Position numbers and translations under genes: made by a program. The notes under the pieces are model-generated. The model worked only from the letters and a program-made list of their open reading frames with translations. It did not search any database and had not been told where the DNA came from. Below are positions 44,537 to 48,349 of a stretch of 48,349 nt of DNA, piece by piece. Source of the DNA: an uncultured Pseudomonadales bacterium (lineage in GTDB: Bacteria > Pseudomonadota > Gammaproteobacteria > Pseudomonadales > Azotimanducaceae); contig CAZNFI010000002.1 in NCBI GenBank assembly GCA_964572185.1, positions 1-48,349 of the forward strand, written 5' to 3'. Numbering within the stretch: position 1 is the first letter of the stretch; every line of letters begins with the position of its first letter.

Positions 44537-46909
44537 TCAGGACTCGCTCCATATCCCGGCAATCGCCGTCCGGTCCAGCTCGAACTCATCCGGCGGCGTG
44601 CCCTCGCGCCGCTTCGCGCCATGCCAATCGGTAAAACCACCGATCAGGCGCAGACGCCCGACGGTCGACGAATGGACGATTTTCGTATAACGCTGGTCAC
44701 ACAGGAAAGCATCATCGAACTCCACGCGTTCGAGCACCTGACAGGCCGGCACGCCCCCCGCGGTGAGCGCGATCACCCAGTGTTCGACGGTCTGCGCTGC
44801 CAGGGCTCCGGCTATCGCAGCCGACAGCGCCGGGTCATCGATTCCTGCATCGACACCGTCACCCGAGCCAGCATCGGTGTCGCTATCCATAGCGCCGTCA
44901 GTGACGCCATCGATATCACCATCGGTGACGCCATCCACTCCGCGACCGGCGCCATCACCAGCAGCGGTTCCGGCAAATTCGGCCAGCCCCAGAATATCGA
45001 GCAGTTTGCCGCGTTGCTCGGGGGTGCGAGCCGATATCGCAATCCACCGGTCGCGCGCGCGATAGTAGCGTTCCCAGGAATCGGGGCCGGGGTGATCCAC
45101 GCCGCCCGATGCCCGCGGCGGGCGGGTGGCGTAGCTCGTCAACTCGCCACTCTGCAGCAATGTCGACACCGCCGAGAGCGACGTGAACACGCGCTGCGCC
45201 ATTCCCCTGGTCTCGCGCACATACAGTGCTGCCAGGGTACCGAGCGCTCCGATCGAGCCGGTGGCGATGTCATGTACCGGAGCGCCCGCGGTGATCGGCC
45301 GGCCATCGCCCCCCTGCACCGCGGCCAGCCCGCTCAGGGTCTGCATCAGCGGGTCGAAGCCCGGGAAGTCGGCCCAGGCGCCGGTCTGACCGAAGGCGGT
45401 GACGGAACAGCGGATGAGGTCCGCATTGGCGCGCTCATAGACCTCGGGCTGCAACCGCAACCGCGTCAGGCTTGCCGGCAGCAGGTTGTCGACGGCCACA
45501 TCGGCACAGGCGATCAGCCTGAGGAACCGGTGCCGGTCGCCGGCATCGCGCAGATTGAGTTGCACCGCTCGCTTGTGCTCGTTGACGATGGCATAGGGGG
45601 CCGTGAACACGCCGTAGGGGTCCCCGGCCGGAGCTTCCACCTTGATCACCTCGGCGCCATGGGTGGCCAACAGGCTGGTCACGAAGGGGCCGGCCAGAAA
45701 GGTCGAAGAATCGATGGCTTTCAGGCCCTCGAGCGGCAGCACATGCGGCTCGGGGCGCTGCCCGCCGGGTTTTTCGGGGGCTGCCCCGGTCCACACTTCG
45801 CGCATGTCCACGAACTCGCCGGGCACCGGAACCCGCCCCGCCCGGCCCGGCGTCCGCGCGAAATCCACGGCAACGCCAGGCAGCATCATATCGCCCAACA
45901 CGGGGTGCGCCACACGAAGCGGCGGGCAGGCGCTCGCGATCACCTCGCCCTGCAGCCAGTCATCGGCGTCCAGTAACGGCGCCGCCGGTACATCGGCATC
46001 CCGAAACGCCTCCAGCCACTGCTGCGCCGTGCGCGTCCTGAACACCACTTCCAGTTCCGCGGCCACCAGGCCGGCAATCTCCGGGCGCATGATGTTGGTG
46101 AAGTCGCCGCCCACCTCTTCCCAAGCCATCACTTCCATCCGGTCGAGTACATCGAGCGCCCTGAAAAACAGTTCGGGTGACAGCGCGCCAAGAAATATCC
46201 AGCGCCTGTCACCGCACTGGTACAGGCGGAACTGGCAACCGCTGCCGACCAGCTTGCCTCTGGAGATGATGGGCGGCCCATCGACCGACGCGGTCATGAG
46301 CGTGCACAACGCCGCCCCCGCCGCCTGCAGGCCCGTGACCACGGCAGCGCGTCCCCAGCCACTACGGGCTCGCGCATACAATCCCGCCACGGCAGCCGCC
46401 GCCGCCATGGCGCCGTGCAGGTGCAGGCGGGTCGGCACCACCGACGCAACGGGACGCTCCTCGGTGGCGGGGTGGTGGGCGGCAAACCCGGAAACCGCAT
46501 CGAGCAGCAACACGTCGTGCGGCAGGTGGCTCCAGCGGCCGCCAACGGAGATGGGCGGCATCCACAGGTGCACGAGCGAGGGGGCCACCTTCGCCATCGT
46601 TGCCGCATCCAGACCCTGCAACTCCAGGCGACCCGGGTGAGTATCCGCCACCAGGATGTCGGCGCGCTCCGCCAGGCGGCGCAACTCGACGGCCAGCAAA
46701 GATGCATCGCCCATCGGTGCGAGCAGCAGCTTGCCCCGATTCCAGCACAAAAAGCCCGGCATGGCGTGGTCGTCCGGCAGTTGCGGCGCAGCGGGACGCA
46801 CGACCTCGGCACCGAGGTCGGCGAGCAACATGCCTGCCGTCTGTCCAGCAATGCCGGTGCTGAGTTCGAGAACGCGGATACCGGTGAGGGGGGGCTGGCC
46901 CGTTGCCAT
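44537..46909 (-). CDS. Tandem-fused family III (CaiB/BaiF) CoA-transferase, two complete modules, with a D/G-rich insertion in the second
   Basis: ORF 44537..46963, ATG 46909. Module 1: LTGIRVLELSTGIAGQTAGMLLADLGAEVV...LLLDAVSG. Module 2: LEGLKAIDSSTFLAGPFVTSLLATHGAEVIKVE...GFDPLMQTLSGLAAVQG. Insertion: GDGAGRGVDGVTDGDIDGVTDGAMDSDTDAGSGDGVDAGIDD. Confidence 0.8.
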   Translation of the reverse strand: MATGQPPLTGIRVLELSTGIAGQTAGMLLADLGAEVVRPAAPQLPDDHAMPGFLCWNRGKLLLAPMGDASLLAVELRRLAERADILVADTHPGRLELQGLDAATMAKVAPSLVHLWMPPISVGGRWSHLPHDVLLLDAVSGFAAHHPATEERPVASVVPTRLHLHGAMAAAAAVAGLYARARSGWGRAAVVTGLQAAGAALCTLMTASVDGPPIISRGKLVGSGCQFRLYQCGDRRWIFLGALSPELFFRALDVLDRMEVMAWEEVGGDFTNIMRPEIAGLVAAELEVVFRTRTAQQWLEAFRDADVPAAPLLDADDWLQGEVIASACPPLRVAHPVLGDMMLPGVAVDFARTPGRAGRVPVPGEFVDMREVWTGAAPEKPGGQRPEPHVLPLEGLKAIDSSTFLAGPFVTSLLATHGAEVIKVEAPAGDPYGVFTAPYAIVNEHKRAVQLNLRDAGDRHRFLRLIACADVAVDNLLPASLTRLRLQPEVYERANADLIRCSVTAFGQTGAWADFPGFDPLMQTLSGLAAVQGGDGRPITAGAPVHDIATGSIGALGTLAALYVRETRGMAQRVFTSLSAVSTLLQSGELTSYATRPPRASGGVDHPGPDSWERYYRARDRWIAISARTPEQRGKLLDILGLAEFAGTAAGDGAGRGVDGVTDGDIDGVTDGAMDSDTDAGSGDGVDAGIDDPALSAAIAGALAAQTVEHWVIALTAGGVPACQVLERVEFDDAFLCDQRYTKIVHSSTVGRLRLIGGFTDWHGAKRREGTPPDEFELDRTAIAGIWSES

Positions 46910-46921
46910 GCGGGGCACTCT

Positions 46922-47128
46922 AGGTGCGTTGCCCAATGGCAACGCAATCAAGTTGCTCCGCAACTTGTCGAGGTTGATCGAAAACGCAGATCATCTACAA
47001 ACGTCAAGACCAGTCATGAATTCCAGGTGCGTTGCCCAATGGCAACGCAATCAAGTTGCTCCGCACTTGTCGAGGTTGTTCGAAAACGCAACTCATCCAT
47101 AACCGTCAAGACCGCTCGAGAATTCTAG
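46922..47128. repeat. Tandem pair (103 + ~102 nt) of the ~100-nt intergenic element (copies B and C)
   Basis: Unit 1 is 46922-47024; unit 2 is 47025-47128. The first 41 nt are identical: AGGTGCGTTGCCCAATGGCAACGCAATCAAGTTGCTCCGCA. I count about 11 substitutions and one 1-nt indel overall. Each unit has hairpin GCGTTGCC-caat-GGCAACGC, and unit 1 also has CAAGTTGC-tcc-GCAACTTG. Confidence 0.9.
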
Positions 47129-47196
47129 TGTGCTGTCGCATCGGTTTCTACGCTTTCAGGGTGAGCGAAACTGCCGTCGCAAGGCGTGGTGCACGG

Positions 47197-47943
47197 TCAG
47201 GCCAGTCTGCGCACCCGTTCCGGAGCCGGGGCTTGGGGCATGAACATGATCACGGCGTCATCGAACCCATAGTCCGCGTACTGCTGCAGGCGCGCGCGCA
47301 GTTTGCCGAGGTCGCTGTCGGCGCTGACGATGATGGTGGTGACGATGGCGCGCCGTCCGCCTGCTGCCCGATAGCGCTTGAGCCGCGCATCGAGTTGCTG
47401 CGCCTTGCCGAAACGCGCGGAAGCGATCCAACCGTCGAACTCCCGGGCCGCTCGTTCTATGTCGCTGCCCCAGGTGCCGTAGAAGATGGGTGGCGGCGGC
47501 CCGGGAACCGGGTTGAGCGATACCTCGCCCCACTCGCCGGTGCGCAGGAGGCTCCTCAGCGGCTGCAACCGGCGGTGCAGTGCGTCGAGCCGCCCTCCAA
47601 AGTCCCGTTGCAGCGCCGAGAAGTCGGTTTCGCTCGAACCGGCGCCCACACCCAGTGTCAACCGCTCGCCACACACCTCGACCAGTGACAGGATGCGATG
47701 CGCCAATTCCACCGGATGATGCAACGGCACCTGGATGATGCCGGTGCCGAGTTCAACGCCCCGGGTGACCGATGCCGCCACCGTCAACGCAACGAACGGA
47801 TCGGCCATGAATACCCCACGCCCGAAGGAACTCGCCGCCCAAAGGCTGGTGAAGCCCGCATCCGCGTACCGGCGCGCCCGTTCGGCGAGCGATGCTTGCT
47901 GCCGCTGCGGCGAAAACGGCACCAGAACCGCGCCCATTCTCAT
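47197..47943 (-). CDS. Luciferase-like monooxygenase (LLM) class oxidoreductase
   Basis: ORF 47197..47943. TIM-barrel LLM pattern: ...AGFTSLWAASSFGRG...ELGTGIIQVPLHHPVELAHRILSL...LTLGVGAGSSETDF... Confidence 0.65.
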   Translation of the reverse strand: MRMGAVLVPFSPQRQQASLAERARRYADAGFTSLWAASSFGRGVFMADPFVALTVAASVTRGVELGTGIIQVPLHHPVELAHRILSLVEVCGERLTLGVGAGSSETDFSALQRDFGGRLDALHRRLQPLRSLLRTGEWGEVSLNPVPGPPPPIFYGTWGSDIERAAREFDGWIASARFGKAQQLDARLKRYRAAGGRRAIVTTIIVSADSDLGKLRARLQQYADYGFDDAVIMFMPQAPAPERVRRLA

Positions 47944-48037
47944 TGCTCATCCCCCGGTTCGTTTGAATATGCAAACCCATCGCCAACAAGGCGCCGCCCC
48001 CGCAGTCAGTTCCTTCGTTCGGGCACCGGGCGCGCTT

Positions 48038-48176
48038 GCCGGGTGTGTCTTTCTGCGCACTGCCCACATGCGCTCAGCTACCAAAGAGGCTGAAGCACGC
48101 TTTGACTGCGCGGAAAGACACACCGGGCAAGCCCACTCTCATCCCCAGGTTCACCGTTGTTCCTTGCACGTCGGCG
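48038..48176. repeat. ~140-nt non-coding repeat, copy E2 (paralog of 6974-7115)
   Basis: See 6974-7115. Same orientation, one 1-nt and one 3-nt indel. Directly followed by element copy D. Confidence 0.7.
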
Positions 48177-48208
48177 TCCCTGTGTGCCGGCTTCCGGACT
48201 CGCATGCA

Positions 48209-48301
48209 ATCGTGATTCACGATCAAGTTGCTGCGCGACCTGGCGACGCCAATCCAATACGCAACTCATCTTTACACATCAATGACGTTCAAGGACTCTA
48301 G
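48209..48301. repeat. ~100-nt intergenic element, copy D
   Basis: Hairpin ATCGTG-att-CACGAT (48209-48223) overlaps GATCAAGTTGCTGCGCGACCTGG...ATACGCAACTCATCT...GTTCAAGGACTCTAG. After the CTAG the sequence resembles the start of another unit (CAAAGTTCCGCAAC) and is cut by the window end. Confidence 0.7.
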
Positions 48302-48349
48302 CGTTCTTGAGGATGCCCCGTCTTGACAGTTGAGCAAAGTTCCGCAACG

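Noticed and set aside
46924-46965. Sigma54-type promoter (TGGCA...TTGCT) inside the repeat unit hairpin region.
   Set aside because: The GG-to-GC spacing is about 5 nt longer than the -24/-12 consensus. The TGGCA part lies in the hairpin, whose sequence is not conserved in copies A and D.
46960-46990. Compensatory covariation in a second internal hairpin of the element (GCCT/AGGC in A, TCGA/TCGA in B and C, TGGC/GCCA in D).
   Set aside because: These 4-bp stems fall at different alignment columns in each copy. They are short enough to arise by chance in GC-rich sequence. Only the 5' hairpin is positionally consistent.
46922-47128. CRISPR array or integron attC sites as an explanation for the tandem and dispersed repeats.
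   Set aside because: There are only two directly abutting units with no unique spacers, and no cas genes. No integrase and no cassette-like unidirectional ORF array are present. The units lack the RYYYAAC...GTTRRRY attC cores.
46922-47128. MITE interpretation of the ~100-nt element based on CTAG-like boundaries (IS5-type target).
   Set aside because: The two ends of a unit share no terminal inverted repeat: the start is GTGCGTTGCC..., the end is ...CATGAATTC. It is kept only as an open possibility for a non-TIR mobile or recombinogenic element.

Overview
GC-rich, proteobacterial-type chromosomal segment with about 40 protein-coding genes and no rRNA, tRNA, CRISPR, integrase or transposase genes that I can recognise. 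Left to right: a pntA 5' fragment, kdgK and a DctPQM-type TRAP transporter; purN, an IMPase-family gene, a MATE exporter, a MOSC protein and an amidase. Next comes an isoprenoid block: the hpnC-hpnD-hpnE squalene operon on the minus strand, facing idi, diphosphomevalonate decarboxylase and phosphomevalonate kinase on the plus strand. After that are a frameshifted secreted helical-repeat gene with a Tat small subunit and a GMC flavoprotein dehydrogenase, then an amidohydrolase, an acyl-CoA synthetase and a 644-684 aa orphan protein. The rest is a long acyl-CoA/lipid-type catabolic region: two crotonases, a TonB-dependent receptor, an acyl-CoA dehydrogenase, a stand-alone ClpP paralog, an atypical SDR, a MaoC hotdog pair, a thiolase, an alpha/beta hydrolase, an MmgE/PrpD protein, a tandem-fused family III CoA-transferase and an LLM oxidoreductase. 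It is interrupted by an OmpR/EnvZ-like two-component operon, a CinA-like/NadD-like fusion gene and a second MATE exporter. The least ordinary signals are non-coding. One is a dispersed family of ~100-nt intergenic elements: a hairpin, a conserved ATCAAGTTGCT(C/G)CGC block, an ACGCAACTCATC block and a C(T/C)AG boundary, with 4 clear copies including a 103-bp tandem pair. The second is a ~140-nt repeat present upstream of the first MATE gene and again at the window end. The third is a 19-bp inverted-repeat pair bracketing 113 bp between the squalene and mevalonate operons. All functional calls rest on reading the translated ORFs for motifs, without database searches.
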